Below are positions 1 to 12,509 of a DNA stretch of 64,000 nt, piece by piece. The DNA comes from Salinispira sp. Its GTDB lineage: Bacteria > Spirochaetota > Spirochaetia > DSM-27196 > Salinispiraceae. The position numbers were made by a program, and so were the translations under genes. The first letter of the stretch is position 1; the number at the start of each line of letters is the position of its first letter. The notes under the pieces are model-generated. The model had not been told where the DNA came from and made no database searches. It saw only the letters and a program-made list of their open reading frames with translations. The stretch covers positions 512,001 to 576,000 of the forward strand of contig CBDDDG010000010.1 in assembly GCA_965226555.1 (NCBI GenBank), read 5' to 3'.

Positions 1-10
1 ATTGCCGATA

Positions 11-83
11 TGAGCCGCATTGGATTCGAACCAATGACCCACGCCTTAAAAGGGCGTTGCTCTACCGGCTGAGCTAGCGGCCC
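11..83 (-). tRNA. tRNA-Lys (anticodon TTT)
   Basis: Reverse complement GGGCCGCTAGCTCAGCCGGTAGAGC...CTTTTAA...GGTTCGAATCC folds as a cloverleaf; anticodon loop CTTTTAA. Confidence 0.95.
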
Positions 84-133
84 ATGCAATATACTGGAAT
101 GTAGCAGTCATTCACGCTGGATGTCAACTATTC

Positions 134-172
134 AAAAAAAGAAAAAGCGGCAGAATCACCATTCCGACGCTT
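134..172 (-). terminator. Probable rho-independent terminator of the 197..1915 gene
   Basis: On the minus strand AAGCGTCGGAAT-GGTG-ATTCTGCCGCTT hairpin followed by a T-rich tail. Confidence 0.6.
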
Positions 173-196
173 CCTCAAAAATTTCATCATATATTT

Positions 197-1915
197 TTAC
201 AGACGAATGGCAATCTCAACAGTGGCGCCAAGTTGATTGAAATCTAAATCGCCATCATTATTAATATGAATGTCGGATATACCGCCCGCCATATTAATGT
301 CGAGAATAAATAAATTGAGACCGAGACCCGCTGTCAGGAAAGAATCGCCATAACCAAGTCTGAGATTTCCAAAATCGCCAAGAAATGAAAACTCAAGTCC
401 CAAATGGAGATGATCCATGATAACCGTAAACAGCCCTTCTTCTCCTTCAAAAAAGCTCCCAAACATTCCAAAGAAATCCTGAATATCGGCATTAAACTTC
501 AAGCCAAACAAATCCGGGTCTCCGGGATCAGGATTGAGATCGGTATTCAGAGAAAGACCAAAGTTCATCCTGAATGGTTGATAGGTATACAGATCTTTCT
601 GAATTTCAGGAGAAACAGTATCGGTTCCCAGAAGTTCAAACCTTTCAAGGGCTGTAAGATACTCCTTGAAACCGGAATAACTTGTCCATGCTATGGGTAT
701 GGGGAGAATATCCTTCAAAGTAAGTCCAAGGGTAAACATTCCGGCATCAAGATCAAGCAATGATCCAACATCAAACAATGCCCCTACATCAACACCAACA
801 TATAGTCCGGTGTATAGGGAATTTTGCTCAAGTAATTCTTCAATGTTCCTCTTCCCAAGCAAGACGGAAATCGGATTTACCTCGGTATAACCGAGAATTG
901 TCGGACGGAGCTGAGCACCAATCGTCACAGGACCAATCGGAAATGCATAACCGGCTGCGAGTATAATGTTTATAACCGCATGGCCCCGTGTCGCGAGAAT
1001 GGGCTCCCCACTGAATTTAGCCTCTGCTCCCACAAAAAGACCAAGACCAAGACCATTACCCACATAGGCAATACTGGCAAGTGCACCAACACGAGCATCG
1101 CCCCCGGGGATAGAATCAAAATTATCCCTGACTACATCATTAATGTCTTTTTTCCAGTTCTCAGCAAGATATTTATCATTTGCAATGTCCTTCTCCGCAA
1201 ATTTCTCGTCAACAAGTTCCTGAATCGCTTCTTCGCTTACACCTTCGTTTTCTTTACGGACTTCCTCTTCAATATGTTCCCGAACCCCTTCATTCATTGC
1301 ATCAATGATCGCTACAAGGTTGGTATCTCCATTGCCGTCTTCTTCAAAAATCGGAGATTGGAGAATTGCTTCAATCAAACTGCTCGGAATCGGAAGTCCG
1401 TTGTCGTCGCCGTCATCATAGTCATCGCTGCCAGTGCCGCCAAACTCTTCGGGAATCTGTTCTGCGAGATCCTCATCAAGATCAATAATTTTTTTGACCG
1501 CCGCCTTAACGGCAGCATCCTGCTCATCCTCTTCAAGATCTTCTATCCACTCTTCAAAGCCCTCAAAACTTTTAGCAAGATCATCTAAATCTTCCTGATC
1601 AAACCCCGGTATTTTCGATATTCCCCGACGGGCATTCCGCGATCCGCCGGCATCACCACCAGCAAGATCAAGCACATATTCAAGAAGCTTGTGGTTTATA
1701 AGAGCGTAGGCAGTGGTTGATGCAAAGGTCATTTCCTCTTGTTCGGAAGCAAATCCCGCAGGATTATAAAAAAATGCCGAAAGCCCTTCAGGATCAGCAG
1801 TGCGAGCACCCCCCAACCCAAATGCGATTGGATGAGGCGGCAGAAAAATATCTTCCTGAGCAGAAAGAGATACAAGAACACTCAAAAAAAACAAGAATAT
1901 AATAAATTTTTTCAA
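197..1915 (-). CDS. Secreted, probably outer-membrane beta-barrel protein (TraF/FadL-like N-terminal motif) with a long acidic insertion
   Basis: Signal peptide; AFGLGGA...AFFYNPAG motif; alternating beta-strand C-terminus. Confidence 0.6.
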   Translation of the reverse strand: MKKFIIFLFFLSVLVSLSAQEDIFLPPHPIAFGLGGARTADPEGLSAFFYNPAGFASEQEEMTFASTTAYALINHKLLEYVLDLAGGDAGGSRNARRGISKIPGFDQEDLDDLAKSFEGFEEWIEDLEEDEQDAAVKAAVKKIIDLDEDLAEQIPEEFGGTGSDDYDDGDDNGLPIPSSLIEAILQSPIFEEDGNGDTNLVAIIDAMNEGVREHIEEEVRKENEGVSEEAIQELVDEKFAEKDIANDKYLAENWKKDINDVVRDNFDSIPGGDARVGALASIAYVGNGLGLGLFVGAEAKFSGEPILATRGHAVINIILAAGYAFPIGPVTIGAQLRPTILGYTEVNPISVLLGKRNIEELLEQNSLYTGLYVGVDVGALFDVGSLLDLDAGMFTLGLTLKDILPIPIAWTSYSGFKEYLTALERFELLGTDTVSPEIQKDLYTYQPFRMNFGLSLNTDLNPDPGDPDLFGLKFNADIQDFFGMFGSFFEGEEGLFTVIMDHLHLGLEFSFLGDFGNLRLGYGDSFLTAGLGLNLFILDINMAGGISDIHINNDGDLDFNQLGATVEIAIRL

Positions 1916-1947
1916 AACAGTACTCCAAAAATTAATTTATACAAATT

Positions 1948-1974
1948 GAAACTTTTGCATTTTGCAAAACTTTG
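1948..1974. repeat. AT-rich palindromic element (family A), single hairpin
   Basis: GAAACTTTTGC-ATTTT-GCAAAACTTTG. Confidence 0.75.
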
Positions 1975-2068
1975 AAATTGGAACAGACACGTAACACTAC
2001 GGAGTATATCTCATACTCCCGCGGAAAACAAGTACCATGCCCAATATGTTGGTATATTTTACCCAATT

Positions 2069-3751
2069 TTATCCGGTAACCGCGCCGCCGCTTGCGCTAT
2101 TGCAGAGGCGGGCAAATTTTGCAAGCGCTCCCTCAGCGTACAGCGCTTTTTTCGGCAGCCATGTTTTTGCTCTCTGGGAAAGTTTCTGATCATCCAGCTC
2201 AACCGTAAGTGTTTTGTTTTTCAAATCGATATTGATGATATCATTATCATACAGCAGGGCAATTGGTCCTCCACTCTGAGCCTCAGGTGTAATGTGACCG
2301 ACAATGAGTCCATGACTGCCCCCGGAAAACCGTCCGTCAGTTATAAGAGCGACCTTGCCCGCAAGGCCTCGGCCTGCAATCGCTGCAGTGGGGGAGAGCA
2401 TCTCACGCATTCCCGGCCCACCCTTGGGGCCTTCATAGCGGATAACGACAACATCGCCCTCAACAATTTTTCCATCGACTATGGCCGTAAAGGCATCCGC
2501 CTCATTTTCGAAAATTCTGGCAGGGCCTCGGTGATTCTGTATTTTTAATCCGCTGGTCTTCAGCACACTCCCCTCAGGCGATAAATTACCAAAGAGCACA
2601 GCAAAGGGACCTGTTTCTTTCTGCGGAGAAGAAAATGGTTTTACCACATCCTGCTCATTAAGCTTCACTTTCACATTATGGAGATTTTCTCGTACTGTTT
2701 TTCCTGTAACAGTGAGGCAATCGCCATGAATGAGTCCTTCATCAAGAAGTATCTTCATAACCATAGCCACACCGCCGACCTTGTCGAGATCTTCCATGAC
2801 ATACCGTCCGGCAGGTTTCATATCGGTAAGGGTGGGTGTGGTGTCATAGAAATAGTTAAAATCATGAATGCTCAGCGCAACCTTGGCCTCATGGGCAAGG
2901 GCAATGAGGTGGAGTACCGCGTTCGTGCTTCCCCCAAGGGCCATGACCGTGCGGATCGCGTTTTCGAATGCCTTCCTCGTCATGATGTCCCGTGGACAGA
3001 TTCCTTCTTTTACCAAAAGGGCAAGCGCAGCGGAAGCTCTGCGAAAATGTTCATCCTGCCGATTATCAAGCGCGGGTATACCAGAACTTCCCGGCAGACT
3101 CATGCCAATTGCTTCCATGGCAGCAGCCATGGTGTTTGCCGTGTACATTCCTCCGCAGGCCCCCGCTCCCGGGCATGCTGAGCATTCTATACCGTGGCGC
3201 TCTTTTTCATCAATTTTTCCTTTGCTGAAGGCGCCTACTGCCTCAAATGCGCTGACAATATCAAGGGACTTTCCATGATAATGTCCGGCGCGAATGGTTC
3301 CCCCGTAGCAGAAAATTGCCGGTCGATTAAGACGAGCCATGGCCATAACAGTACCGGGAATGGTTTTATCGCAGCCCCCAATACCGAATATACCATCGAG
3401 CGCATGTCCCCGGACAACCAACTCAATAACATCGGCAATGGTCTCACGCGATACAAGGCTTGCCTTCATTCCCTCATGTCCCATAGCTTCGCCATCGGTT
3501 ACGACAAAGGTATTGAATTTCATGGGCTTGAGCTTGAACCTGATGAGTTCTTCCTTGGCAATAAGAGCGAGGTCATCATGATGTATATTACAGGGGCTCA
3601 GTTCAGCGCCGGAACTGGCCAGACCAATGAGCGGTTTGGTAAAATCCTCATCGGAAAATCCTATGGCGCGAAGCATGGCGCGGTTCGGCATGCGCTCGAG
3701 TCCATCAGTCATTTCACGGCTATATGTTTTACCGGTTTTTTTTTCAGACAT
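2069..3751 (-). CDS. ilvD: Dihydroxy-acid dehydratase
   Basis: PCN, GGCDKT, ACGGMYTANTM, GGSTNAVLHL, GPKGGPGMREML, TDGRFSG motifs; start moved to MSEKK (3751) to avoid overlap with rpsG. Confidence 0.95.
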   Translation of the reverse strand: MSEKKTGKTYSREMTDGLERMPNRAMLRAIGFSDEDFTKPLIGLASSGAELSPCNIHHDDLALIAKEELIRFKLKPMKFNTFVVTDGEAMGHEGMKASLVSRETIADVIELVVRGHALDGIFGIGGCDKTIPGTVMAMARLNRPAIFCYGGTIRAGHYHGKSLDIVSAFEAVGAFSKGKIDEKERHGIECSACPGAGACGGMYTANTMAAAMEAIGMSLPGSSGIPALDNRQDEHFRRASAALALLVKEGICPRDIMTRKAFENAIRTVMALGGSTNAVLHLIALAHEAKVALSIHDFNYFYDTTPTLTDMKPAGRYVMEDLDKVGGVAMVMKILLDEGLIHGDCLTVTGKTVRENLHNVKVKLNEQDVVKPFSSPQKETGPFAVLFGNLSPEGSVLKTSGLKIQNHRGPARIFENEADAFTAIVDGKIVEGDVVVIRYEGPKGGPGMREMLSPTAAIAGRGLAGKVALITDGRFSGGSHGLIVGHITPEAQSGGPIALLYDNDIINIDLKNKTLTVELDDQKLSQRAKTWLPKKALYAEGALAKFARLCNSASGGAVTG

Positions 3752-3758
3752 TATAGAA

Positions 3759-4232
3759 CTACCAGCGGTAATGGGCAAAGGCCTTGTTGGCTTCTGCCAT
3801 TCTATGTGTATCTTCTTTTTTCTTGAAGGCATTGCCGGTATTACTGTAGGCGTCCATAAATTCAGCGCTGAGCTTTTGTGCCATTGATTTTCCGTTTCGA
3901 TTCTTTGCGGCAGAAATTATCCAGCGCATGGCAAGCGCTTCACGGCGGCTTTCCCTGATTTCGACAGGAACCTGATATGTTGATCCGCCGACACGGCGGC
4001 TCTTTACTTCAATGACAGGTTTCACATTCTCAATTGCAGTGAGAAATACTTCCAGCGGTTTTACGTCTGAAATTTTTTCTCCTAAAACTCCCATAACACC
4101 GTACATAACCCGTGTAGCAATAGTCCGCTTCCCATGAATCATCATTCGTTTGATAAATTTCGTAATGATCGGAGAACCGTAACGGGTATCGGGGAGTAAT
4201 GGTTTTTTTGGTGGAATTCGTCTTCTCGGCAT
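3759..4232 (-). CDS. rpsG: 30S ribosomal protein S7
   Basis: KSRRVGGSTYQVP and HRMAEANKAFAHYRW motifs. Confidence 0.98.
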   Translation of the reverse strand: MPRRRIPPKKPLLPDTRYGSPIITKFIKRMMIHGKRTIATRVMYGVMGVLGEKISDVKPLEVFLTAIENVKPVIEVKSRRVGGSTYQVPVEIRESRREALAMRWIISAAKNRNGKSMAQKLSAEFMDAYSNTGNAFKKKEDTHRMAEANKAFAHYRW

Positions 4233-4240
4233 ACTTTCCT

Positions 4241-4615
4241 CTAGGCCTTTGGTCTTTTCGCCCCGTAGCGCGAACGTCCTTTTTTTCGATCCTCTACACC
4301 GAGAGTATCCTTTGCGCCCCTGACAATATGGTAACGGACACCGGGTAGATCTTTTACCCGCCCGCCCCGCATGAGTACAACCGAGTGTTCCTGAAGATTA
4401 TGTCCGATTCCGGGAATATAGGCAGTTACTTCAATTCCATTACTCAAGCGCACACGGGCGACTTTTCGCAGAGCAGAGTTCGGCTTTCTCGGTGTTACTG
4501 TCATTACCCGAGTACAGACGCCCCGCTTCTGCGGGCATGACTGAAGTGCCGGGCTCTTGGTTTTCTTAACAGTTGTTTTACGTCCTTTTCTAATGAGCTG
4601 GTTAATAGTGGGCAT
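4241..4615 (-). CDS. rpsL: 30S ribosomal protein S12
   Basis: [27 protein letters not shown] motifs. Confidence 0.99.
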   Translation of the reverse strand: MPTINQLIRKGRKTTVKKTKSPALQSCPQKRGVCTRVMTVTPRKPNSALRKVARVRLSNGIEVTAYIPGIGHNLQEHSVVLMRGGRVKDLPGVRYHIVRGAKDTLGVEDRKKGRSRYGAKRPKA

Positions 4616-4682
4616 TAGCCCCTCCTCAATTCAACAGTAGAGTGAAACAATATCATGATATTTTGTCTTCGTCAAGAAACTT

Positions 4683-7600
4683 TTACTCATCATCAGCATC
4701 GTCTATAAGATCCTGGGCCTCTATCACGGCAGCATTGGCATATTCCTTCGCGGCCTGCATTTCTTTTTCACGTTGATTAAGAATCTGCTGAATATGAACG
4801 TCAAGATCACCTCTCTTCTCATCGTAGAGTTTGAGTTTGTTGTAGGAACGCATACCTGTTCCCGCAGGAATGAGATGACCAATGATAACATTCTCTTTTA
4901 ATCCCCGCAGATTGTCGATTGACCCCGCGATTGCCGCGTTGGTAAGTACGCGGGTTGTTTCCTGGAAGGATGCTGCTGAAATGAAACTCTCGATATTCAG
5001 CGATGCGCGGGTAATTCCAAGCAGAAGCGGGCGAGCCACCGCGGGCTGTCCGCCCTCCTTCTCTACCTTCTGATTTTCTTCACGAAACTTGGGCTTATCA
5101 ATCTGCTGATTATAGATAAACTCAGTATCTCCAACCTCAACTATTTCAACCTTGCGCATCATCTGACGAATAATAACTCCGATATGCTTATCATTGATAT
5201 CGACTCCCTGAAGACGGTACACTTCCTGAACCTCATTAACAAGAAAGCGCTGAAGAGCATTTTCACCCAGTATCTGAAGAATATCGTGCGGATCGGCCGC
5301 GCCATCGCAGATCGGCTCACCCGCTTCAACCAAGTCGCCTTCGCGAACAAGAAGATGCCGTCCCATGGGGACCAGATGCTTCTGCTGCATGCCGAAATTG
5401 TCCTCAATGAGAATAACCCTTCGGGACTTCACGATACCTTCCATGTGAACAGTGCCATTTACCTTTGCCAACACTGCCGCAAGACGGGGGCGACGCGCTT
5501 CAAAGAGTTCGCCAACACGCGGCAGGCCTCCGGTAATATCCCGAGTCTTGACAGATTCCTTCAGGAGCTTGGCAAGAGAGCTTCCAGCTTCCACTTTGGC
5601 GCCGTTCTCAACATTGAGATAGGATCCTCCCGGAAGATGATATGTCGCTAGTTCCTTATCATTAGCATTCTTCAGAATAATTCGCGGCTGCATGTTTTCA
5701 TTACCCAGTTCAGTTATTTTTTTCTCAACATTGCCGGTATCTTCGTTCACTTCTTCTTTCAGCGTTGTTTTATCAATATCTTCATAGTGAACGATACCGC
5801 TGTGTTCGGCGAGGATAGGTTCTGAAAAGGGGTCAAAGGTTGCGATTGCTTCTTCTGCTTCCACAATAGCATCTTCATTGACAAGAAGTTCAGCGCCATT
5901 ACGAATTTCAATGCGCTGTTCCTGTGCCGTAAGATACAGGATGTTTTTACGGAGCACAGCATAGGCATTTTCCTGAGCCTGAATGGATTTCTTCCCAATT
6001 TTAATAACATCCTGCCCCTTAACAATCTTGTCGCCTTCCGCCACAAGAAGTTTCGCATTCTTTTTGAGTTTTATCTCCTCAAGTACCTTACTAGCCCTAA
6101 CAAAGCCTTTTCGGGTAAACAGACGGGTTCCGTTCTTGAGCGTTACCGTTTGACCGTGGATACTGTTGATAATTACCCGATAACGGAGAAATGTCCGGCT
6201 TTCTTCTGAGGCATTAGTTGCCGCTCCGCCGATATGGAAGGTGCGCATGGTAAGCTGTGTCCCTGGTTGCCCAATACTCTGCGCGGCAATAATTCCAACG
6301 GCTTCTCCAATTTCAACAGTGCGGTTAGTCGCAAGATTTCTTCCATAACATTTCTGGCATACACCATATTTGGACTCACAGGTAAGAACGGTTCGGATGC
6401 GCACCGATTCAATTCCCGCCTCTTCAATGGCTGCGGCAGTTTCATCGTTGATTTCTTCATTGACATCAACAAGTATTTCACCGCTTATGGGATGCCTGAT
6501 TCCTTCTATGACAAAGCGTCCGGTAATACGTTCCGCAAGAGTTTCAACAATTTCTTCTCCATCTTTGAGAGCGGTATATTCAATACCGTTAATGGTTCCG
6601 CAGTCTTCCTCATTAACGACCACATCTTGGGCAATATCAACAAGACGGCGGGTGAGATATCCCGCATCCGCAGTTTTGAGAGCAGTGTCGGCAAGCCCCT
6701 TTCTCGCACCATTAGTTGAAATAAAGAATTCGATAATTGACAGACCTTCCTTAAAATTGGCGCGGATAGGGAGTTCAATAATTTCACCGCTCGGTTTTGC
6801 CATGAGACCCCGCATTCCCGCAAGCTGACGAATCTGGCTTCGGCTTCCGCGCGCACCTGAATTCGCCATCATGAATACCGGATTGAAACCCTGACGATCA
6901 ACAAGAAGCTGCTCCATCATTTCGGTCGTGAGCGCCTCATTTGTTTGCGACCACACTTCGACAACCTTGTTATAGCGCTCTTCATTTGTTATGTGTCCCT
7001 GACTATATTGATTTTGAATTGCCATGACATCTTTATTGGCTTTTTCTATCATTTCCGGTTTTTTCTCCGGTATAATGATGTCGTTAATACCAATAGTTGC
7101 GCCAAAAATTGTTGCATATTTGAAACCAAGATTTTTTATCTGGGTCAGCATCCGTACGGTAAGATATGCCCCATGGACGGCATATACCTTGGCAATAAAG
7201 GACCTCAGTTCCTTATCGCCCAGAGCATAATTCACAAACTCCACTTCATCAGGCATGCCATCATTGAAAATAAGGCGGCCGGCTGTTGTTTCAATGACCT
7301 CATCTTTGTAGGGATTTTTTGCGATTTTGATCTTTATGAGCGCCTGATAATCTATGTCTCTGTTCTCAATGGCATACAAAACTTCATCGGTTGAAATGAA
7401 GCGCTTGCCTTCACCTCTTGCCCCCTCTCGATGACGGGTAAGATAGTTGATGCCGAGAACCATGTCCTGAGAGGGGAAAACGATCGGCTTGCCGTTTGCA
7501 GGATTAAGCAGATTTCGCGCCGAGAGCATGAGTGTCCAGCATTCAATCTGAGCAGCCTGGGTGAGGGGAATATGCACCGCCATCTGATCACCGTCAAAGT

Positions 7601-8951
7601 CTGCATTGTAGGCATGGCAAACGAGGGGGTTCAGTTTGATTGCCTTGGAATCGACAAGAATTGGTTCAAATGCCTGTATACCGAGGCGGTGCAGGGTTGG
7701 CGCCCGATTGAGCAGAACAGGGTGTTCCTTGACTACTTCATCAAGTATTGCCCAGACTTCGGGGGTTTCCTGTTCAACTAAAGTCTTCGCGCGTTTGATA
7801 TTATAAACAACATCCTTCTCGACAAGTTTCTTCATTATGAAGGGCTTGTATAATTCAAGCGCCATTTTGGTCGGCAACCCGCACTGATGAAGTTCCAGAT
7901 CGGGACCGACAACAATTACGGAACGCCCTGAATAATCCACTCTCTTTCCAAGCAGGTTCTGGCGAAAACGCCCCTGCTTACCCTTAAGCATATCTGAAAG
8001 CGACTTAAGCGGACGATTCGATGCCCCCTTTACTACCCGCTTCTTCTTACTGTTATCGAAAAGAGCGTCTACCGCTTCCTGAAGCATCCGTTTTTCATTT
8101 CGGATGATAATATCAGGAGCATTGAGCCCCATGAGGCGCTTGAGACGGTTATTGCGGTTAATCACACGACGATACAAATCATTCAGATCAGAAGTCGCAA
8201 AACGTCCACCGTCAAGCTGAACCATCGGACGGAGCTCAGGTGGAATAACCGGAATAGTATCAAGTACCATCCACACGGCCTTATTCTTGCTGTTCTTAAA
8301 ATTACCGACAATCTCAATACGCTTTAGAAGACGTTGATCCGCCTTATCGCCTTTTTCAATCATCAGATTCCGAAGTTCGGCGCTCAAGGCTTCAAGATCT
8401 GTGGTTTCAAGAAGGTTTCGAATTGCTTCGGCTCCAATATTCGCAGAAAAAGTCATTCCGTAACGTTCTCTGGCCTCCATATATTCATCTTCCGTGAGTA
8501 AATCGGAGCGCTTGAGATCGGTATCGCCCGGATCAATAACAACATATTTTTCGTAATAGAGAATGGATCGTAAATCGGCAACTTTCAGATCAAGGAGAAT
8601 GCCCATTCGACTGGGTATTGAACGGTAATACCATATATGCGAAACAGGGCTGGCAAGTTCAATATGTCCCATTCGCTCCCGGCGAACCTTCGGATGCGTT
8701 ACTTCAACTCCGCAACGGTCACAGACAACACCCTTATACCGGATACTCTTGAATTTACCGCAGTAGCATTCCCATTCCTTTGTCGTTCCGAAAATTCGTT
8801 CGCAGAATAATCCGTCCTTTTCAGGACGCAGGGTACGGTAATTAATGGTTTCGGGTTTTTTTACTTCGCCGTAACTCCATGAGCGAATCTGCTCCGGAGA
8901 AGCGAGCTTAATCATAATACTATTAAAATCCTGCATTTCCTGCACAGACAC
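4683..8951 (-). CDS. rpoC: RNA polymerase beta' subunit
   Basis: [12 protein letters not shown] catalytic motif; N-terminal zinc finger. Confidence 0.99.
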   Translation of the reverse strand: MSVQEMQDFNSIMIKLASPEQIRSWSYGEVKKPETINYRTLRPEKDGLFCERIFGTTKEWECYCGKFKSIRYKGVVCDRCGVEVTHPKVRRERMGHIELASPVSHIWYYRSIPSRMGILLDLKVADLRSILYYEKYVVIDPGDTDLKRSDLLTEDEYMEARERYGMTFSANIGAEAIRNLLETTDLEALSAELRNLMIEKGDKADQRLLKRIEIVGNFKNSKNKAVWMVLDTIPVIPPELRPMVQLDGGRFATSDLNDLYRRVINRNNRLKRLMGLNAPDIIIRNEKRMLQEAVDALFDNSKKKRVVKGASNRPLKSLSDMLKGKQGRFRQNLLGKRVDYSGRSVIVVGPDLELHQCGLPTKMALELYKPFIMKKLVEKDVVYNIKRAKTLVEQETPEVWAILDEVVKEHPVLLNRAPTLHRLGIQAFEPILVDSKAIKLNPLVCHAYNADFDGDQMAVHIPLTQAAQIECWTLMLSARNLLNPANGKPIVFPSQDMVLGINYLTRHREGARGEGKRFISTDEVLYAIENRDIDYQALIKIKIAKNPYKDEVIETTAGRLIFNDGMPDEVEFVNYALGDKELRSFIAKVYAVHGAYLTVRMLTQIKNLGFKYATIFGATIGINDIIIPEKKPEMIEKANKDVMAIQNQYSQGHITNEERYNKVVEVWSQTNEALTTEMMEQLLVDRQGFNPVFMMANSGARGSRSQIRQLAGMRGLMAKPSGEIIELPIRANFKEGLSIIEFFISTNGARKGLADTALKTADAGYLTRRLVDIAQDVVVNEEDCGTINGIEYTALKDGEEIVETLAERITGRFVIEGIRHPISGEILVDVNEEINDETAAAIEEAGIESVRIRTVLTCESKYGVCQKCYGRNLATNRTVEIGEAVGIIAAQSIGQPGTQLTMRTFHIGGAATNASEESRTFLRYRVIINSIHGQTVTLKNGTRLFTRKGFVRASKVLEEIKLKKNAKLLVAEGDKIVKGQDVIKIGKKSIQAQENAYAVLRKNILYLTAQEQRIEIRNGAELLVNEDAIVEAEEAIATFDPFSEPILAEHSGIVHYEDIDKTTLKEEVNEDTGNVEKKITELGNENMQPRIILKNANDKELATYHLPGGSYLNVENGAKVEAGSSLAKLLKESVKTRDITGGLPRVGELFEARRPRLAAVLAKVNGTVHMEGIVKSRRVILIEDNFGMQQKHLVPMGRHLLVREGDLVEAGEPICDGAADPHDILQILGENALQRFLVNEVQEVYRLQGVDINDKHIGVIIRQMMRKVEIVEVGDTEFIYNQQIDKPKFREENQKVEKEGGQPAVARPLLLGITRASLNIESFISAASFQETTRVLTNAAIAGSIDNLRGLKENVIIGHLIPAGTGMRSYNKLKLYDEKRGDLDVHIQQILNQREKEMQAAKEYANAAVIEAQDLIDDADDE

Positions 8952-8957
8952 ACCTTC

Positions 8958-11900
8958 CTAAAAATTACTTTTTTGGCGATTAATCAATTCTTCATCCCGC
9001 TCTGTAAGAGGAATCTGCTTCCCCTTGGAATCGTAGATGGAAAGATCCAATGCCAGACCGCGTAATTCCTGAACAAGTACATTAAAAGATTCCGGAACAC
9101 CAGCAGTTGTACCAGGTTCTCCCTTAACAATACTTTCATAAATTTTTGCCCGACCATTCATATCATCGGATTTGATTGTAAGGAGTTCTTGGAGGGTGTT
9201 TGCGGCGCCGTAGGCTTCAAGTGCCCATACTTCCATTTCACCAAGACGCTGTCCGCCGAATTGGGCCTTACCGCCCAGAGGCTGCTGGGTAACCAGACTG
9301 TAGGGACCAGTGGAACGGGCATGCATTTTGTCGGTAACTAAGTGATGAAGTTTGATCATATACATATAGCCGACCATAACTTCGTTCTCAAAGGAAACAC
9401 CGGTTTTACCATCGTAAAGCGTTGTTTTCGATGTACCCGGACAATCTCCCTTCACCAATAAGTCATGAATTTCCTGACCGGTTGCCGATTGAAAGACCGG
9501 AGTAGTATACCAACTGCTGTTCTTTACAGCAGCCCAACCCAGCATTGTCTCAAGAAGCTGACCAATGTTCATACGGGATGGAACTCCCAAGGGATTAAGA
9601 CAGATTTCAAGAGGAGTTCCATCTGCCATGAATGGCATATCTTCTTCAGGCAGTACCCGAGCAATGATTCCCTTGTTTCCATGACGCCCCGCCATTTTAT
9701 CGCCTTCCTGAAGTTTCTTCTTGGTGGCGATCAGAACCTTCACAATTTCCTCAACTCCCGGGGACAGGTCATCACCTTCACTGCGGCGCAGACGCTGAAC
9801 ATCAATTACCGTGCCCTCCACTCCGTGAGGTATTCTAAGAGATGTGTCACGCACTTCCTTTGCCTTTTCTCCAAAGATGGAGTTAAGCAGTTTAAATTCC
9901 GGAGTAGTTTCTGTTTCACTTTTCGGAGTAATTTTGCCGACCAGAATATCTCCGGAGGCGACTTTAGTACCGGCACAGACAATTCCCTCTTCATCAAGCC
10001 AAGAAAAGGCGGACTCGGAGGTATTAGGGATGTCGCGGGTTATTTTTTCAGAACCAAGCTTTGTCTCCCGGACTTCAATACTGAATTCACGAATATGAAT
10101 TGAAGTAAAAACATCTTCCTTCACAATTTTTTCTGAAACAAGAATAGCATCCTCGTAGTTGTAGCCGTTCCATGGCATAAATCCAACCAGTATATTGCGG
10201 CCCAGCGATAATTCACCCTTGAATGTAGAGGGGCCATCGGCTATTGCCTGACCTGATGCAATTACTTCTTTGTAATGCACCATTGGTTTCTGTACATAAC
10301 AGGTGTCCTGGTTTGTCCGCTGGTATTTGATAAGATCATATACATCCACGTCATCTTTTGATGTTGCTTCATCGGGAGTAACTTCTATGCGGGCATTAGA
10401 AACATAGGTAACCGTCCCTTTCCGCTTTGCCTTCACGAGTACTCCTGAATCGTATGCTATTTTCGATTCCATGCCGGTACCCACCCGCGGAGGTTCTGGA
10501 TTTACAAGGGGCACCGCCTGACGCTGCATATTGGATCCCATGAGGGCACGGTTTGCGTCATCATGTTCAAGGAAGGGAATAAGCGCTGACGATACTGAAA
10601 TAACCTGTTTAGGATTAACATCCATGTATTCAATATCTTCCGGCGCGCTGCTTGTATAATCTCCCTGACGGCGTACAGAAACCTGTTCATCAAGAAAGTG
10701 ACCGCTATCGCTTATGGATGCATTTGCCTGAGCAATAAAATACTTTTCCTCATCCATTGCCGACAGATACGCAATTTCATCGGTAACCTGCTTGTTTTTA
10801 ACCTTGCGATAGGGTGTTTCAAGGAAGCCGTAATCATTAACCCGGGTATAGGCTGCAAGGCTCACAATGAGCCCGATATTTGGTCCTTCAGGAGTTTCAA
10901 TAGGACACATGCGGCCATAGTGAGTGTAATGAACATCACGAACCTCAAACCCCGCCCGATCGCGGCTTAAGCCACCGGGACCGAGGGCATTCAGCCTGCG
11001 TTTGTGCGTCAGCTCGGATAGCGGGTTAACCTGATCCATAAATTGCGAAAGCTGACTTGAACCAAAAAATTCTTTTACAGCGGCTACAATGGGTTTAATT
11101 GAGATGAGGTCCTGTGGCTTAATTGTTTCCATTTCCTTAAGGGTCATCCGTTCCTTGGCTATTCGTTCCATTCTGCTGAAGGCCACTTTCAGCTGATTGG
11201 TCAAAAGTTCGCCAACAGAACGAATCCTCCGATTACCGAGATGATCAATATCATCAACATTTACTTCACCTATATATACGCGAATGAGATAGGCAATGGT
11301 ATTTGTAATATCCTCTTTTGTGAGAACGTGTTCTTCGGGAGCATCAGCATACTCAAAGCGTTTATTGAGTTTATAGCGCCCCACCCTCCCCAAATCGTAA
11401 CGCCGCGGAGTAAAAAAGATTGATGCAAAGTCCTTTTCGGCACCCTCTACGGTAATCGGTTCTCCCGGCATGATAATCGAATACACGGACAGAAGCGCTG
11501 CATCCCGGGAAGGCTCATCAAGTCCTTCTCCCTTATTCAGCTTGACATCTTCACGATCGAAACAATTAAGAATGATATCTGAATGAAGACTACCGGGATC
11601 ATCATCATCAATGATAGTAACTTCCTTAATTCCAGAATGATTAAGTTCATCAATATCGTGAGGATGTATTTTATCGCCCGCTCTGTATAGCTTTTTTTCT
11701 TCACCATCCACCGAAATGATAACAGCCCGGCCGAGTACCTTTCCCCTGAGGGATTCCCTGCCCTTTGCGGTATCGCGCACCTTAACATCTTTCAATGTAT
11801 AAAAGAGATCAATGATCTTTTCCCGCGTATCATAACCGAGAGCGCGGAGAAAGAGAGTTATCAGTATCTTTTTTTTCCTGTCAATTTTCGCATAGATGAG

Positions 11901-12455
11901 ATCTCTCTTCTGATCAATTTCAAATTCAAGCCAAGAACCTCTATACGGTATGATTCTGGAACTGTATATTCCCTTTTCATTGGAAAAAACAACTCCGGGG
12001 CTCCGATGAATCTGACTGACAATGACCCTCTCTGCTCCGTTATATATGAATGTTCCCCTTTCGGTCATAACGGGGACATCACCCATATATATATCTTTCT
12101 GGCGAATTTCACCTGTTTCGGTAAAAAACAGATTAATTTTCGCCTTAATCGGAACAGAATAGGTATGTCCCTTTTCCTTGCACTCAATCTCGCTAAATTT
12201 AATATTGTCTTCATCGAGTGTGTAATGGTCGTAGCTGAGAACCATGTCGCCCGACTGGCTCTCAATGGGAAAGGTATTCTGAAAAACCTGTTCCAGGCCC
12301 ATTACGCGAAGTTTATTTCCTTCAGCGAGATGGTTTCGCTGAAGGAATATTTCATACGAAGAAAGTTGAATATCAACCAGATCCGGCAACTCCATAGCAG
12401 TTCCTGCTGAAGTGCCGACTTCAATACGCTCAACGGTACTGTCACGACCAAACAT
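8958..12455 (-). CDS. rpoB: RNA polymerase beta subunit
   Basis: [25 protein letters not shown] and rifampicin cluster motifs. Confidence 0.99.
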   Translation of the reverse strand: MFGRDSTVERIEVGTSAGTAMELPDLVDIQLSSYEIFLQRNHLAEGNKLRVMGLEQVFQNTFPIESQSGDMVLSYDHYTLDEDNIKFSEIECKEKGHTYSVPIKAKINLFFTETGEIRQKDIYMGDVPVMTERGTFIYNGAERVIVSQIHRSPGVVFSNEKGIYSSRIIPYRGSWLEFEIDQKRDLIYAKIDRKKKILITLFLRALGYDTREKIIDLFYTLKDVKVRDTAKGRESLRGKVLGRAVIISVDGEEKKLYRAGDKIHPHDIDELNHSGIKEVTIIDDDDPGSLHSDIILNCFDREDVKLNKGEGLDEPSRDAALLSVYSIIMPGEPITVEGAEKDFASIFFTPRRYDLGRVGRYKLNKRFEYADAPEEHVLTKEDITNTIAYLIRVYIGEVNVDDIDHLGNRRIRSVGELLTNQLKVAFSRMERIAKERMTLKEMETIKPQDLISIKPIVAAVKEFFGSSQLSQFMDQVNPLSELTHKRRLNALGPGGLSRDRAGFEVRDVHYTHYGRMCPIETPEGPNIGLIVSLAAYTRVNDYGFLETPYRKVKNKQVTDEIAYLSAMDEEKYFIAQANASISDSGHFLDEQVSVRRQGDYTSSAPEDIEYMDVNPKQVISVSSALIPFLEHDDANRALMGSNMQRQAVPLVNPEPPRVGTGMESKIAYDSGVLVKAKRKGTVTYVSNARIEVTPDEATSKDDVDVYDLIKYQRTNQDTCYVQKPMVHYKEVIASGQAIADGPSTFKGELSLGRNILVGFMPWNGYNYEDAILVSEKIVKEDVFTSIHIREFSIEVRETKLGSEKITRDIPNTSESAFSWLDEEGIVCAGTKVASGDILVGKITPKSETETTPEFKLLNSIFGEKAKEVRDTSLRIPHGVEGTVIDVQRLRRSEGDDLSPGVEEIVKVLIATKKKLQEGDKMAGRHGNKGIIARVLPEEDMPFMADGTPLEICLNPLGVPSRMNIGQLLETMLGWAAVKNSSWYTTPVFQSATGQEIHDLLVKGDCPGTSKTTLYDGKTGVSFENEVMVGYMYMIKLHHLVTDKMHARSTGPYSLVTQQPLGGKAQFGGQRLGEMEVWALEAYGAANTLQELLTIKSDDMNGRAKIYESIVKGEPGTTAGVPESFNVLVQELRGLALDLSIYDSKGKQIPLTERDEELINRQKSNF

Positions 12456-12509
12456 TCATCCCCTCCCGTAGTGTAGTGTGAAAAAATATGATACTGAAGC
12501 AGTCAATAA

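Noticed and set aside
11..83. tRNA-Lys as an island or prophage attachment site
   Set aside because: No integrase or duplicated tRNA 3' end is visible; the tRNA 3' side lies at the window edge and cannot be assessed.
3759..4615. fusA/tuf missing after rpsL-rpsG
   Set aside because: Known arrangement in spirochetes; not novel in itself.
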